Below, piece by piece: positions 36,146 through 48,920 of a DNA stretch of 60,367 bases (position 1 is the first letter of the stretch; each line of letters opens with the position of its first letter). The notes under the pieces were generated by a model. It had not been told where the DNA came from. It ran no database searches and worked only from the letters and a program-made list of their open reading frames with translations. A program made the position numbers and the translations under genes. The stretch is from Dicyema japonicum (Eukaryota; Animalia; Dicyemida): NCBI GenBank assembly GCA_011109175.1, contig RDEW01000028.1:705830-766196 (forward strand). The letters run 5' to 3'.

Positions 36146-37680
36146 CAGGGGTGGCCAACCAGTCGATCGCGATCGACTGGTCGATCTCGCGCATTTCTTT
36201 GGTCGATCGCCTTCGAATAATTTTTTATTTATTCGCATTTTTGATCGCGGTGCATTTCTTGGTCGATCGATCGCCTTCGATGTTATAAATTGCTAATTAT
36301 ATTTTTGTATTTAGAAAGATTTTTTGACGTTTTAGCCAAGAAAATTAAATAGAAATTATAAATCTAAAAAATGACCTCATTTTAAAATCGCGGCAACGCA
36401 CACTGCGTCCTTGCCGCTGGGCATCCAATTAATTCACGTTTTTCTTTTATTTGTTTCATCTTTTAAAAATCATATTCAAATTGTCAACATGTGGAGATTT
36501 ATGTCTCTAGAACAGCGATTCCCAACCGGGGTGCCGCGCACTTTTGGTGCCGCGAGATCTGGCTTAGGTGCCGCGAGATTTTTAATATTTAAAATTAAAA
36601 ATTACAGTCTAACTCCGGGGTGGGGCACCAAAGTGCCCCAAAAAGCTGGGGTGCCCTTCCAAACCGGGGTCTGGTTCAAACTACAGTAAACTCTATTAAT
36701 TTGCCAATTTTCAGATTTGCCAATTTTAAAGAAATTTAGTGGCAATCTGCAATTCCGAAATGTGCACTATTTTTAAAGTCTTTAGAAAAAATTATCTATC
36801 TTACTTGATTATTATAAAAAGAAACATGTCGGTATATGAATTATATAAACACTTGAACTTAAGTTTTGCTTTTTTGCTCTATAGTTTTGATAAATTCCAT
36901 CTATGTTTTTATATTTGATTTTGATTAATTAATAAATCATTTTTTAAGCATTTTTTTGAATAATCAGTCAATTTTAAATTTTTATTATTTCTTAAATATT
37001 TTCCAAGTTGAAATCTAAACTCATAATAATTTTTGGAGTGTCTCCAGAGATGTATTTTGCGCTACATTTCTAACTTCTCCATTATTTCATACGTTTTCTG
37101 GTATCGTTGTTCTGTCCTCTTTGTCAATTCCATTATAAAATTCGCGACTCCTGACTAGATTTCGTTTTCTTAAGATATTACTTCAATTATTATTTCTTCA
37201 AGGACTTTTTCCTGGAATTTTTTTCACCACAAATGGTTTTAAAGGTATGTTTGTCGCAAATTCGTCTCCGTCTGGAAATTTTGTGTACACATAAACAATC
37301 GCAAGTGTCTTATTAGTTATCATAATTACTTTTGTAATTAAGAAGCATTTTTAACTAATATGTGCCGCGCGAAAAAAAAACTTGGTTTTAGGTGCCGCGA
37401 AGCACAAAAAGGTTGGAAACGCTGCTCTAGAAAAATATCCAATTTTGATTGATTTGTATCAACGAATTCTTTCATGCTTTGGAAGCACATATTTATTCTG
37501 AAAATCATTTTCAAGAATGAAATGATAAAATTTCAATACAGGACCCGTTTAACGGATGAAAATCTTGGGATTGCATGAGAATAGCAATAAGCTCATACGA
37601 GCCAGAATCTAAATAATCGCAAGATAATTACAATGCCAAAAATCCATTAACTTTTAATTATAAATAAAAATTTTGTTTAT
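36146..37680 (+). mobile_element. Deleted hAT (Charlie/GTF2IRD2-like) element
   Basis: TIR CAGGGGTGGCCAACC after the target CCCTACGG; transposase C-terminus MWRFMSLE|KYPILIDLYQRILSCFGSTYL...YRTRLTDENL split by the MITE. Confidence 0.8.
36513..37424. mobile_element. Non-autonomous hAT element (MITE-like) nested in the hAT remnant
   Basis: TIRs CAGCGATTCCCAACC / GGTTGGAAACGCTG, perfect 8-bp TSD CTCTAGAA and subterminal GTGCCGCG repeats. Confidence 0.9.
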
Positions 37681-37686
37681 TAAAAN

Positions 37687-37796
37687 GTGCTGCTCTCCTG
37701 TGTCCTGTTTGACCATGAAATTAATGTGTGGTCAGTCCTTGGAATTGGGATTGTCTTTCAACTTTATTTTGGAGTGTTTGTCATAAAAAGAAATAA
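37687..37796 (+). CDS. 3' end of an SLC35B-type nucleotide-sugar/PAPS transporter (truncated at a contig join)
   Basis: VLLSCVLFDHEINVWSVLGIGIVF resembles the SLC35B2 C-terminal LLSC.L.GH.....LG..VVF; begins right after a single N. Confidence 0.55.
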
Positions 37797-37923
37797 TAAA
37801 CCTTTTTTGTCCTATTTAAAATTGTTTGTTAGTTATTCACGACTTGTAGCCAACCGTCTTAGTAATGCCAACCGTCTTAGTCATTAGGGTTGCCAAACGT
37901 GGCTGGCCAGAATGGCTACATGG

Positions 37924-38208
37924 TATAATATGTCACATGCGCTGTGCGTTTACTAATGCGCTAGACGTTACATATTGATTTTTGAATTATTTTAATATTA
38001 GTATATTAATAAAAATGCATATTTATTTTTTATGCCATTGAAATTGGTTTATTGTTAATTATTTTATAATATGTCACATGCGCTGTGCGTTACTATGCGC
38101 TAGACGTTACATATTGATTTTTTTGATTATTTTAATATTAGTATATTAATAAAAATGCATATTTATTTTTTATGCCATTGAAATTGGTTTATTGTTAATT
38201 ATTTTATA
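37924..38208. repeat. ~142-bp direct tandem duplication
   Basis: TATAATATGTCACATGCGCTGTGCG...TTATTTTATAA present twice. Confidence 0.9.
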
Positions 38209-39359
38209 AATTTAATAGTTAATTTAATAATACTTAACTTTAATCAAATATTTTAGTTGCACGCTGTTTATGTCCCGTTTATACGTTAAAGACAATAATG
38301 AGTATAACGCCCTAACGAACATTTTAAAAGATGGAGAAACCAACTATGACTTTCGTCATCGTCAAGAAAAATATCGCCTATGTAAAAAGGCAATAAATAA
38401 ATTTGAATCCCATTTGGTGACGTAATAACCATCACTGAATTATTGGCCAACAATATGGTTAATGTGAAAGATGAAAAAGGTTGCACTAAGAAAATTATAT
38501 GTGCCGACTGAAAAAATAATTCTTAAGATCTTTCTCGACTATAAAATACTTTGTAAATTTTTTTTTTTTGTAATTCAAATTTCATTTAAGAGAGAAATAA
38601 ACTGTTTTATACGATGGGAGGGCCAGCGGCCCGACGGATCGCCAGACTGTTTCCCCGGATAACGGCGATCGAGAGCCGCTGGAAAAGCCAGTCTGCCTCC
38701 CGAGGATCGTGAGTTCGCATTGAGATTTTAGCCCCGAGCTTGCGGAGGAATTTTTTCCGTCTTTGGGCCAAGAGCACCCGACGTCTCCACCGCAATCGAG
38801 AGTGGCGTCATCAAGATACCAAAGATTTAGTGGAGAAGATATAAGCTTGGTCACCTCGGAGATTCCAAGACAGAAAAGGAGTGGCCGAGTACTCAGAGCA
38901 GGCCTCCAATACTCGGTCCCGTCGGATACTGTTGAATGCATTTCTGATGTCGAGCTTGATCAATATGTTTGGATGTGGGGATTTCCTGCACGCATCTGAG
39001 AATGTACGGATAGCATGAACAGCAGATTCACATCATCCAGGCACGCCGACCCCGAGTTGGACTGGGCTGAGCTTTGCAGCGATGGTGGGGATAATTTTCT
39101 TGCTTTGTAAATCTTATCAAGAATCGAAATAAATTATTTTAATTAAAATTATAATTTTGTATTTATTTGAGATAAGTAAACCTAACCTCTAAACTCATAT
39201 ACAATTTTCAATTTACGCTATTTTTAATATGTAGTTTTAGTACTATTAAGTTTCGCTTGTGGATGGGAGCATTATATATGTCTAGTTCTGTTCCTATTTT
39301 AATCAAAAAAATCAATATGTAACGTCTAGCGCATAGTAACTAGTAGTGCATGTGACATA
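38070..39359. mobile_element. Unclassified TIR element (~55-bp inverted ends TATGTCACATGC...GCGCTAGACGTTACATATTG)
   Basis: Inverted copy of the repeat head at 39301-39359. Confidence 0.55.
38555..39100 (-). mobile_element. Internally deleted CRE-like retroelement with a poly(A) tail
   Basis: QLGVGVPG, WYLDDATL and WLFQRLSIAVIRGN motifs. Confidence 0.8.
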
Positions 39360-41071
39360 ATATGTCTTGCGTGAGTACAGAAACAAGATCGAGTCTCTGA
39401 GTTCAAGAGTTGTTGATATTTACAAAAATGTTAGTAACAAGGAATTGACGACAGAGTTCCGTGTCTTGGCTGAGTCATTTATATCCCAGAATTCGATGAA
39501 AGTTCAGAATTTATTAATTATTCAGTATTTTTGTTGGAATTAAAACATTTAATTGGATTGTAAACTCACAATTACACTGATAAATCTTCGGAAGCAATCA
39601 GCTAAAGAGTGTTATTGAGAAAATAACCTTAGATTATGTTCAATCTCGTCATACAGTGCCGATTATGCTTCAGTTAACTACGGCAGACATTCTTCAGTTT
39701 ATCAGAAACTGAAATTTAATAATCCTAACATAGTAAAGACGAACTGCATTTGGCATGTTCTCAACAATTGTGTGAGTGAGATACGCTTTAAAGGCTTGTG
39801 TCTTTGATGTGGAGTCATTCGTAATCAGGACTTTTAATTCATTTGTATTATCAGCAAAGAAATCTGAAGTTCTCGAAGAATTTTGTAATTTCCTCGAAAT
39901 GGAGTACAGAGAGTTATTGAGACATGTCTAAACGTTTCCTGAGTCTGCCATCGATCGACTGTTATTGTGGTGGCCAGCGCTGAAATCATTTTTTACATCG
40001 CAAGAAGCCATTAAACACCTCAAATCAAACACTACTACCGCCACAGAACTGCATGAAATAATGAAGAATCTTGAGAAAAGTTACAGCAGCGACGAACAGA
40101 CAAGTTTTATGGAAGTAATGCTACAAAATTTCTTAAGTCTGAAAAAGTCAATTCTCTGACAGACAAAAATTTACTCAAGAATTTGACCATTTTTTCAACG
40201 CTATTTGTCATACTTAAATAAAAGGTATGATTATGAGCATTCGTTTTAAGTACATAGCCATACTTTCTTATGATAATGACATTGAGTGGCCACCTTTGTT
40301 GTCACTTATTGAACGCTTGGGCATAAATATCAATAGTGATAAATTGTATGAAGAATTGTGGATTCTGCGAAAAGTTCACTTCAGGAGCCGAACGATACAC
40401 AACTGTTGCGTCTTGTATTATATGTCCTGTCAATTCCACTATCAAATGCGAACTATAAATGAGTACTTAGTACTCTGAATGTGCTTTGGACAGACAGAAA
40501 AAACAGGCTTAACTTTGACCTCTCTAGAGTCGAACTGATGATAAAAATTAAATTTCATATGTCATGTAATGACTTTTACGAGTACATCGGCGAAGACAAG
40601 AATCACAAGGAAAATTCGGATTTAAATGCGACATGAACTCATTTTTGTGCTTTTTGTTGGAAAATTAATCTTTTCCGTACAAATTGTACATTTTCCTTGT
40701 TTTAGTATTTTTTACATTTACGCCTAAAGATTCACACTTTCACAAATTGCTTCTATCATTATGAAATTGATTTCAGCCTTAGAGTTTGATAGGCCAACGC
40801 TGCCTAATCATTACTTTATGATGCACAGCACACTCTGTTGCTCTTGATTTCAGTATATCGCGTTTCGTTCCAACAATCTTAGAATTCTTGGTATTAAGGT
40901 GTCCCGGAATGGTGAAACACAAAGTTGGAATCCCTACTTAGTTACCATACAGTTATGACGGGCTATTCCCATGTTAATAAAAATAGAAAACAGATCAAAT
41001 ATTAGTTATTTTTAAAAATAGTCCCNAAATAGTCACCTTCGAGGGCAACACTGTTGAGGTCAATTCTCTAA

Positions 41072-41382
41072 TAATAAATAATAATAATAGCCTTTTCACG
41101 AAAGCCATAGTACTTTATGACCCCGCATAGGCAAGACACACCCTTTATTTTTAAGTAAAGAACAGTAAATGTTAATTAATCGTAGGAAAGGCCAATGTTC
41201 TTCACTTATTCTTTATTTTTCTTGCGTGTGAGTCCTTTACAGACAATCCGGTTCCGCAGTGGAGGACCACTGATGACGGCGTCACTCGTCAAACCATTTT
41301 CAGCATCGTAGATGATGAACCTTCCACCGGATTGACAGCAGCCAGACTCGAACCCACGACCCTGAGTCATATGGGCCAAGAC
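41072..41382 (-). mobile_element. tRNA-derived SINE copy (5' end clipped)
   Basis: B-box GGTTCGAGTC, shared body and tail, 11-bp TSD CAATTCTCTAA. Confidence 0.88.
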
Positions 41383-41779
41383 CAATTCTCTAAATACAAC
41401 AAAATATTTTTTGATTTTGTCTCTACAGCTTTTTGGGATATGAACATCTGACTTTCACAAATTCATGTTTAAAATTTATTCGTTTGATATCACGAGGCAG
41501 ACCAAGGCGTCAAGATTTGTGATAAAGTCTTCGAGTCTACCTAACTCTTCAAATTTTCAAATTCATATAATTAAAAACGTGCCAAGCTGACCCTAAGAAT
41601 CGTCCTGGGCATCCACGTAATGAGACGTAAATCAATTGGGTTTCACTGATTTATTTTTTTGTAATTAAATACGCAAGCTATCCGTTTGGCCGGGATCTAA
41701 CCGTTATCTGGCAACGCTCGCAGATCGAGTTCGTCTTTTTTTGTAATTCTTGTTCTATTGAATATATTGACCCAAAATT

Positions 41780-43370
41780 AAATATGTGAATTCAGTATAA
41801 AAACATTTTCCTTGTGTGTAATCTCCTCGGATAATGTTTTTTCATAGAGAGCTATGTAACGAGTGTGTTTTTTAATAAAAAATTGTATACGCCGTCGCAG
41901 CCACTTGCCTTCCAGTCAGGGGTCCGCTTGATGATGTTCAGAACAAGCTCTTCACTCAAGTCCGGTTTAATTCTCACGTTGGGAATTCACTCAATTCAGT
42001 TTATACAGGTTGGGCATGCAGGTAATTGGTCTCAGATCCTTGGGTGAATCGCATATATATCTATTTTGGTATAAGGTACGTAATTCCGGTGTAAAACCAA
42101 TCTTGGGGCGTATATTCATCTTTTATTATTTTCCGTATCTCGTCGCATAGAGGTCCATGGATAGCAGTGAAGCTTTTTATAAAAAAAAAAAGTTGTAAAC
42201 TCCATCACAGCCGCTTGCTTTCCAATTTGGGAGAACTTTTATAATATCAATAATTCCTTCGTTTGGGAACTCGGCATAAGTATTTTCAGACCAAGTGACT
42301 TTTTTTGTAACCGAAAAAATGCTTTTCTTCCGTTCACGATAAGTCCAGATGTAGGTTCAGATCTATAGAACCGTCTTCTATTTAGTTCATAACACCAATT
42401 CGCTTTTCTGAATTCCTTCCTTGAGCCGTAGACCCTCAATTTTTAACACAATTTTGATCTCACCTCTCAGTAAAGAGGCAATCCTCTCGAACTCTCCCTT
42501 TTTGATTTTTTGGAGCCATATGAGCACAAGGTGTCACGCTCTACGTCAATGAGATTTTTCTTCATCATCAATTTCACTAGCAGTTCGTACATGCTCAAGC
42601 TGTAGTTTAATTTTAGCGAATTTTCCCTTCATTGACTCTTCCCAGTTACTCTTAAGCCTAGTCTTGTTGGTAAGGCTTTCATATGCGCACTGTCCTGCAT
42701 AGATGATATCGGTAATATCGTTGATATTTAAATTTGGCATGGGGGCAATATATTGTTTGATTGGTCCGCAGATCCCATTTAAGATTTTTTTCTTTAGGAT
42801 TTTCCTGATTGGACACGGCCCCGCGCACATCATAGACCACATTATCTACGGTTTTTAAATAACTTTGTAGGACCCCACAATAAATTAGGAGGCTTACAGT
42901 CCATCTCCTAACAATATTTTTCACAAAGGTGGTTATCCACAAAGGAATCCCTGTGCAATCCAGCACATTTAATAGAAAGACTTAATGAATCACCGACTTT
43001 AGCCCTTGGATTATTCCCGATTAGAAAATTTTCTTCTGTATCTTGGGAGTTGGTTTCCGAGACTCTTTGGACTTGTTTCATATTTTTAAAATGTAGATTT
43101 ATTCGTCAAGGCAAGTTTTGAATTTATAAATTCCCGCGTTTTAAAAGTGGTACATTTCTTGATTTGGTGAATCATTCGAGCTTTATTTGCCTTCTTTGAT
43201 TTAACAGTTTCTTGAAGGTTCATGTTCTTTGAGTATCTTCCTAGTTTGTCGGGATCTTCTTAACTCCATCAGCGGAACCAGCAAGGCAATTTTCCGTCCA
43301 CATAAAAAATCCTGCATCCTCGTGACTCATAATATTATTTCCCGCAGAAAAACCCATAGGATAGACCTCC
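41780..43370 (-). mobile_element. R4/Dong-like non-LTR fragments (at least two pieces)
   Basis: PDWKASGCDGVYNFFIK occurs twice; FRKANWCYELNRRRFYR and IIYAGQCAYE. Confidence 0.75.
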
Positions 43371-43512
43371 ATTAAAGAATATAAAATCTGCTGGCATAAA
43401 ACAACACACAATTCTAAAAACAAAAAAATAAAACAACAAACACCAAAAAAACAGAAAGAAAGCAACTAAAAATTATTGATGTTTCTTATTACTAATTCTC
43501 TTTGTTTTCTTA

Positions 43513-44351
43513 TTAGGCAATGAAATATAGATAGCGAAAGGACGTCGTGTCGCTTTATCTTTGGACTTCTTCATAACATTTTTATAATAGGAGTAATGAT
43601 CGAGGATTACTGTATTCGCTTCGTCTGAAGAATTAAGGATTTCGTATTTCTCATCGTCATAAATACCATTTGAAAATGCTGATCTTGGCCTGCGACGTCT
43701 CTTTTGTCCGCCTGAGGGTTTTATTCTCGAATAAAAATAACGAATTCCTCCAAAATCACGAAATTCGCCTAAATAAATAATCAGAAAAGCAGCAAACCGC
43801 CATGATGGACAATTCCTTCTCTGTCCCTATGGTTAACAACATAAAGTTGCGGATGAGATTGAAAATAGCCTGTCGATAACCAGGTTCCTCGACGATAGCT
43901 GATTTTTGTATTCGCTATACTACAAGACTGGCCTCCTTGCTCTGCACGTGTGATTATAGCATCAGTACCAGCTTAGAGAGAGCTTCCAGTGTTATGGGAC
44001 AATTTTAAATATCTAAACGAGCCAATTCTGGACAATTTTTGGCAATAACGTCCAATCCGCCAGTAATTTTAAGGTCCGATAAAGTCATCTATTAATTGTA
44101 TAAACAAAACTAACGTCTGTTTAATTTAGGACAGAACGGGAAGTAAGTTATTGTTTGAGTACCCAAATTACAATCATCCAACCAAGCATTTTTTAGTTTG
44201 GGAAATTTGTATCATTTTAGCTGGTTTAAATCAACATTTCGATGAAAACTCATCATAGAAGAGGACTATAATTTAATAAAATTAGTATAGTTACATTTTC
44301 TGGGTTTTTTAAATGACGTGGATCATCGAAATGTAAACCGCCAATCTTCAT
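43513..44351 (-). CDS. ANP32/pp32-like LRR protein (several frame breaks; possibly a pseudogene)
   Basis: LSDLKITGGLDVIAKNCPELARLDI, GYRQAIFNLIPQL....RDREG and the NLS GQKRRRR match ANP32 hallmarks; tiny introns; one in-frame TAA. Confidence 0.65.
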
Positions 44352-44522
44352 AGTACAAAAAAGAGGAAATATATTAGGAAATAAATTATTTTATCAATAA
44401 CTTAATAAAAATAAAAAGTAATTTTTAATAGTAAAATTATAGATAAAATGAATTAAAAATGTTATTCATTATTTCAACTCCTTTCCGAGAACCTCTCCAA
44501 GTCAAACGTCCATGATATTATT

Positions 44523-46588
44523 ATTAAAGCACGTCCACAGACCAAAGAATGTAAATTCCGAAATTCTATTCACCAGGCGTCTCCATCGGTGTCTGTTCCT
44601 CGCGTCTGCTCGTAGTTCTTCTAGATCGTCCGCACATTTGAGTTTTCTTCCAATTTCATTAAGATCCTTGTTTAAGCAACAGGGAGGGTGACTCTAGGTC
44701 TTCCTCTGAACGATTTTGTTTTCATTTTAAAGTAATTGTCCATTGTTATGTTTGCGGGGGTTTTTTGTCCATTTCTAAGTACATGCCCAAATAGCCTCCA
44801 TCTTGATTCGATGATTTCGAGCTTATTGGAACCGATTGTGTCATAGAGTACAGGTTATTGTTTGAAATCTTCTTTTCCCAGCCTAGGCCGAGTAAATTGC
44901 GTAATTGCTTTCGATGGAATATGTCCATTTTCTTGAGTTCTATCTCTGTGACTCCCCACGTGCCCGAGTTGGTGATTTGTCGAATGGTTCCAAATTTGAG
45001 GTATCATTTCCATTTAAAAGTCCTGAAAAATGTTCGGCAATAATTTCAGTCTTTTCTTTATTGTCCAAAACATTCCTCTTTTTGGCTGTCGTGAATACAA
45101 ATATTCGTCGGTTGAACTCCTCTCTGCAATAGGCGAACAGCACGGAACATCTGCGTTCCGTAGCCCAATCTCTCGATTTCACTGACACGTTCGTCGATTT
45201 TCTTGACATAAGTTTTCCTTCCTTTTCCTTCTGATCTCCTTGACAACACGATTTCTTTTTTTCCTTAACTCGTTATAGGTTACTATCAGGATTTGTGCAC
45301 GATCCCATTCTCAGTCGTAATTTTTTTGTTTAATTGATAATGGTTCAATTTCGTGATCAAAGGCTCCTTTGAGTCCGGCCGGTCTTTTTACCCAAGCACA
45401 TCGGTGCTTGCTTTCTTTATTCCCTCAACCGTAGCAATTGAGGGGGATTTTCCATGTTGATGTTCATAATCTCCTTTTAACTGCCATACAGTAATTTTCA
45501 CGTGTCTTCTCACATAGGCATAATTTTCCACCATAAAACGGTCCATGTTGGCTCTTTTCTTTCGAGCCCCGTCTATTCCAAAGTATCTCTCCATCCTGAA
45601 TCAAGCTTTACAAACAGCATTTAGTTTCTTACTAGCATCTAATAAACTAATTAAACATCGAAAACAAGCTTTAAATTGTCTTGGGTGTCGAAAACAAGCT
45701 TTACAAGCAGCATTTAGTTTCTTACTAGCATCTAATAAACTAATTAAACATCGAAAACAAGCTTTAAATTGTCTTGGGTGTCGAAAACAAGCTTTACAAA
45801 CAGTTTATGATCACTGTAAGTGATCGTGCCCCCATAGCTGCGGGAGTCTGTTAGTAGCGCACGAAAGGTCTTTTGCATAGTATGTAGTCTATCTGGTTGT
45901 GTATGCGGACGTAATTTCCATTTCCGTCTTTTCTGAGCCCGGTCCATGTAGTCTTGTGTCTCGCACTGTGGTGAAATGCCGAGTTGCAAATGAAGTAATC
46001 AAACGCGTTACAGAATTGTACGAAGGATTCCCCTGACATATTTCTCTAGCATGCCTGCCCATACAGGGTTCTCTCCAAGGGCAACGGCCAACTTTCGCAT
46101 TCCAATCTCCGCATATAAAGGTCATCCACGAGCCTTTGAGGTCAGAAATAGTGTCCGTTAGTGACATATAGAACAGATCCAGTTCGTCAGGATTTGTGGA
46201 GACCCATGCCATCGTAGGCGCATAAACATTAATTAGTGATATAATTGAGTTATCTGTCCTCCCACTTTTAATTTGTAGTACTGCCATTCTGTCGTTGACC
46301 CTCCACGTTCTGTGGATTCTCCCATCAAGACAACGATGTATAGCAAAGCCAAGTCCGTAGTGATTGTATTCGGAGTTTAGAAGTATGAGTCTAAACTCTC
46401 CGTAGTTCTCGTCAACTGCATCGTTCACTTTAGTCTCCTGAAAAGTGCATATAGTGACCCAATATGATGTTAAATCAGTTATTAGATCCTCTCTTTTCTG
46501 TTTTTCTTTTAAGCCTCGAACGTTGAATGACGGCAGAGTGAACAGATTATTCAAAACGTGTGAAAAAAACATAAGTGCAAGAGAGGCA
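44523..46588 (-). mobile_element. RTE-like LINE with APE but the RT core deleted
   Basis: SFNVRGL, FQETK, NVYAPT, GDWNAKVG and NQIDYIL; jumps to the C-terminus near 44985; flanked by an ACGT(C/T)CATGATATTATTA duplication. Confidence 0.88.
45602..45800. repeat. 93-bp tandem duplication inside the LINE
   Basis: CAAGCTTTACAA.CAGCATTTAG...GGGTGTCGAAAA repeated about 2.1 times. Confidence 0.9.
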
Positions 46589-46616
46589 CGTCACGTTCAT
46601 GATATTATTATAATTA

Positions 46617-48118
46617 CAGTCTGTACCAAAACATTATAATATTTGCAAATTTATCAATAAATCATTTGTATCTCTACTTATATCAATTTTTAAGTGTTAA
46701 TTTTTAGCATGTAATTTCTAAATCGACTTATCTAACCATTCTAAAAAAATTAATTCTTAAAAATATATTACATGCTAAAAATATATTGTCATGTACCAAA
46801 ACATAATAATAATTTTTGTCATGTAACAAAAGATTATAATACTTTCTAGTATTTGATGTTTTTCCCTCGAGATTTTAGTACAGCATCTACTCTTTTTGGC
46901 ATTGATTCAATTAAAACTTTTATTTCTTCAATTTTAATTTCATTCCATATGATTTTCAGTTCATTTTTCAGATCCTCTATCGTTTTTATCCCATGAGCCA
47001 TAACTCTTCGTTTCATTATTCCCAAAGATTTTCTATTGGATTAAGATCAGGCGAATTAGGAGGCCATTTCATAAGATTAATTTTTTGGTTTTGAATCCAC
47101 TCAATCGTATCTTTTGCAGTGTGTGCAGGAGCATTGTCCTGTTGAAAAATGTAATTACATCCATCATATAACTTTTGACCAGTTGAAATTAAATTTTTTT
47201 CTAATATTTCTCTGTATACTAATCCATTTACAGTTGAATCAATAATTGAAAGCGGGCTCAACCCATTAAAACTCATCGCTCCCCACACCATAACTCCTTT
47301 TCTGTAATGAAGCTTTTGATTTATGCATGAAGGATGAATTGTTTCATTTCTTTTACGCCAAACATACGCACCTTTTTCACCAATTGACAGCAGAAACTTA
47401 GATTCGTCAGAAAAAATAACTTTGGACCACTGTTCTATAGTCCAGTTTATTTTCCCTTTAGCCCAAGCTAATCTTTGCTTCTGTTGTTTTAATGTTAGGA
47501 AAGGCTTGCAAACAGGGGTTCTGGAAAAAAATCCCAATTGGTTTAGACGTCTGCTTATTGTCATCCGGCTCAAATTAATTCCGTGAGGAATAAGTTTTTC
47601 GGAAATTTCCTTAATAGAGATGAATCTATTTTCCATCAAAACTCTTTGAATAACTCTTTCTTCTCGTGAAGAAGTTAATTTCGGCCTTCCCTTTCCGACA
47701 CGATTGTTTTTCTCATTATTCTGCTTTCGCAACACGTTGGAGACTGATCCTTGTGAGCAATTTGTGATTTCCGCGATTTTCTTTTGACTAAGTCCAAAAG
47801 TATGGAGATTTAAAATAATTTTTTTGGTATCAAATGACAAGTCGCTTTTTCGTCCCATGTCAATTAAATAATAACGTGTTAAATTTAAAATAAATTTGTT
47901 TTTGTATGAAAAATATAAAAAATATTATAATGTTATGGTACATGACAATTTGTATCACCCCCCCCCCCCAGTGATCTCGTAAAATCAAATAATTTTTTAA
48001 ATAGTTAAAGAAAGTAAATTTGAATTTGGATGTAAAAAATTAAGTCATAAAAATGGATATTTGTGAAAATAGAGTTATATTTTAACTAAATTTACGAGTA
48101 TTATAATGTTTTGGTACA
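46617..48118 (-). mobile_element. Tc1-like DD34E transposon, IR/DR type
   Basis: Transposase at 47016-47858 (FSDESKF, QQDNAPAH, SPDLNPIENLW) continuing after a 1-nt frameshift to ~46847; left TIR TA|CAGTCTGTACCAAAACATTATAATA with internal repeats; right TIR clipped. Confidence 0.92.
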
Positions 48119-48257
48119 ACTCCTTTCCGCAGAGCCATAGTATTCTATAACTCCGCACAGGCAGGACACACACACTTTATTTTAAGTGAAGGAGTTTTTT
48201 TTAATTCATCGTAGGTAGGGACAAAGGTCTTCACTTGTTTTTGTGTGTGGGTCCAAG
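48119..48257 (-). mobile_element. 3' half of the tRNA-derived SINE
   Basis: Nearly identical to the tail at 31300-31400. Confidence 0.85.
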
Positions 48258-48448
48258 TCACGTTCATGATATGGACATTCAAATTAACTAGAGGGTTTAA
48301 TATATGTTAAAGATAAAATTTAATAATATATTTCGATCACAGTAAATACAGTATTTATATAAATTATTTTATTTAAAATCTATATTTTTAGAATAAATTG
48401 TAATAGATCACCAGTGAGGTGTGCTGTTGACATTAACTTATTTTTAAA

Positions 48449-48876
48449 ATGAGTGAATTGACTCACCGTGGAGTCCATAAGGATCACGATGTAGAAAACT
48501 CAAATAATATAAATCAAGAAAAGACAACTCCTAAAAATCCAATAAATGAAGACAAACTAAATTTAATGGAGGAACTTCTAGTCCTGTCCTTCAGAAACGA
48601 GGGGGTTATGTAGATCCTTCCTAACCTTAAGGACGTGGCCTCAGTTTGGAAGGACTCAGTCTCCCTCGGACTTAGATGTGCCATTATGGCCGAATTAGGC
48701 CTAAGGAAAAAAATTACATTAAAAAATTCTCACCAATCCACAAATACGGGCTCTTTTTCCGTCGCGGTTGTCCCCTCCGCAAGTTCATGTGGTGACGGAA
48801 TCCTTGACGAAGCCCTCGAAATTATCCGAAAATCAAAACCCAGGTCCCTAATAACGTGGATTGAATTATTTTCAGG
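48449..48876 (+). CDS. GOLPH3: Golgi phosphoprotein 3 (Vps74), 5' part; the rest is lost at a gap
   Basis: LNLMEELLVLSFRNEG|DVASVWKDSVSLGLRCAIMAELGLR...GDGILDEALEII...WIELFSG; 27-nt intron at 48605-48631. Confidence 0.88.
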
Positions 48877-48894
48877 TCATTTTAACATAAAAAA

Positions 48895-48913
48895 NNNNNN
48901 NNNNNNNNNNNNN
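48895..48913. other. Assembly gap
   Basis: Run of N. Confidence 1.
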
Positions 48914-48920
48914 ATTAATA

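Larger units (their letters stand above)
37885..40936 (+). mobile_element. hAT (Blackjack-like) transposon, decayed, carrying nested inserts
   Basis: TIRs TAGGGTTGCCAAAC / GTTGGAATCCCTA; transposase remnants at 39400-40560 (ASVNYGRH, C..HVLNN, ELLRHV, IDRLL.WWPALKSFF, WTDRKNRL). Confidence 0.75.

Noticed and set aside
41265-41300. Hammerhead ribozyme (CTGATGA on the SINE antisense strand)
   Set aside because: The required GAAA after stem II is absent (TCAAAC/TCAAGC) in all copies
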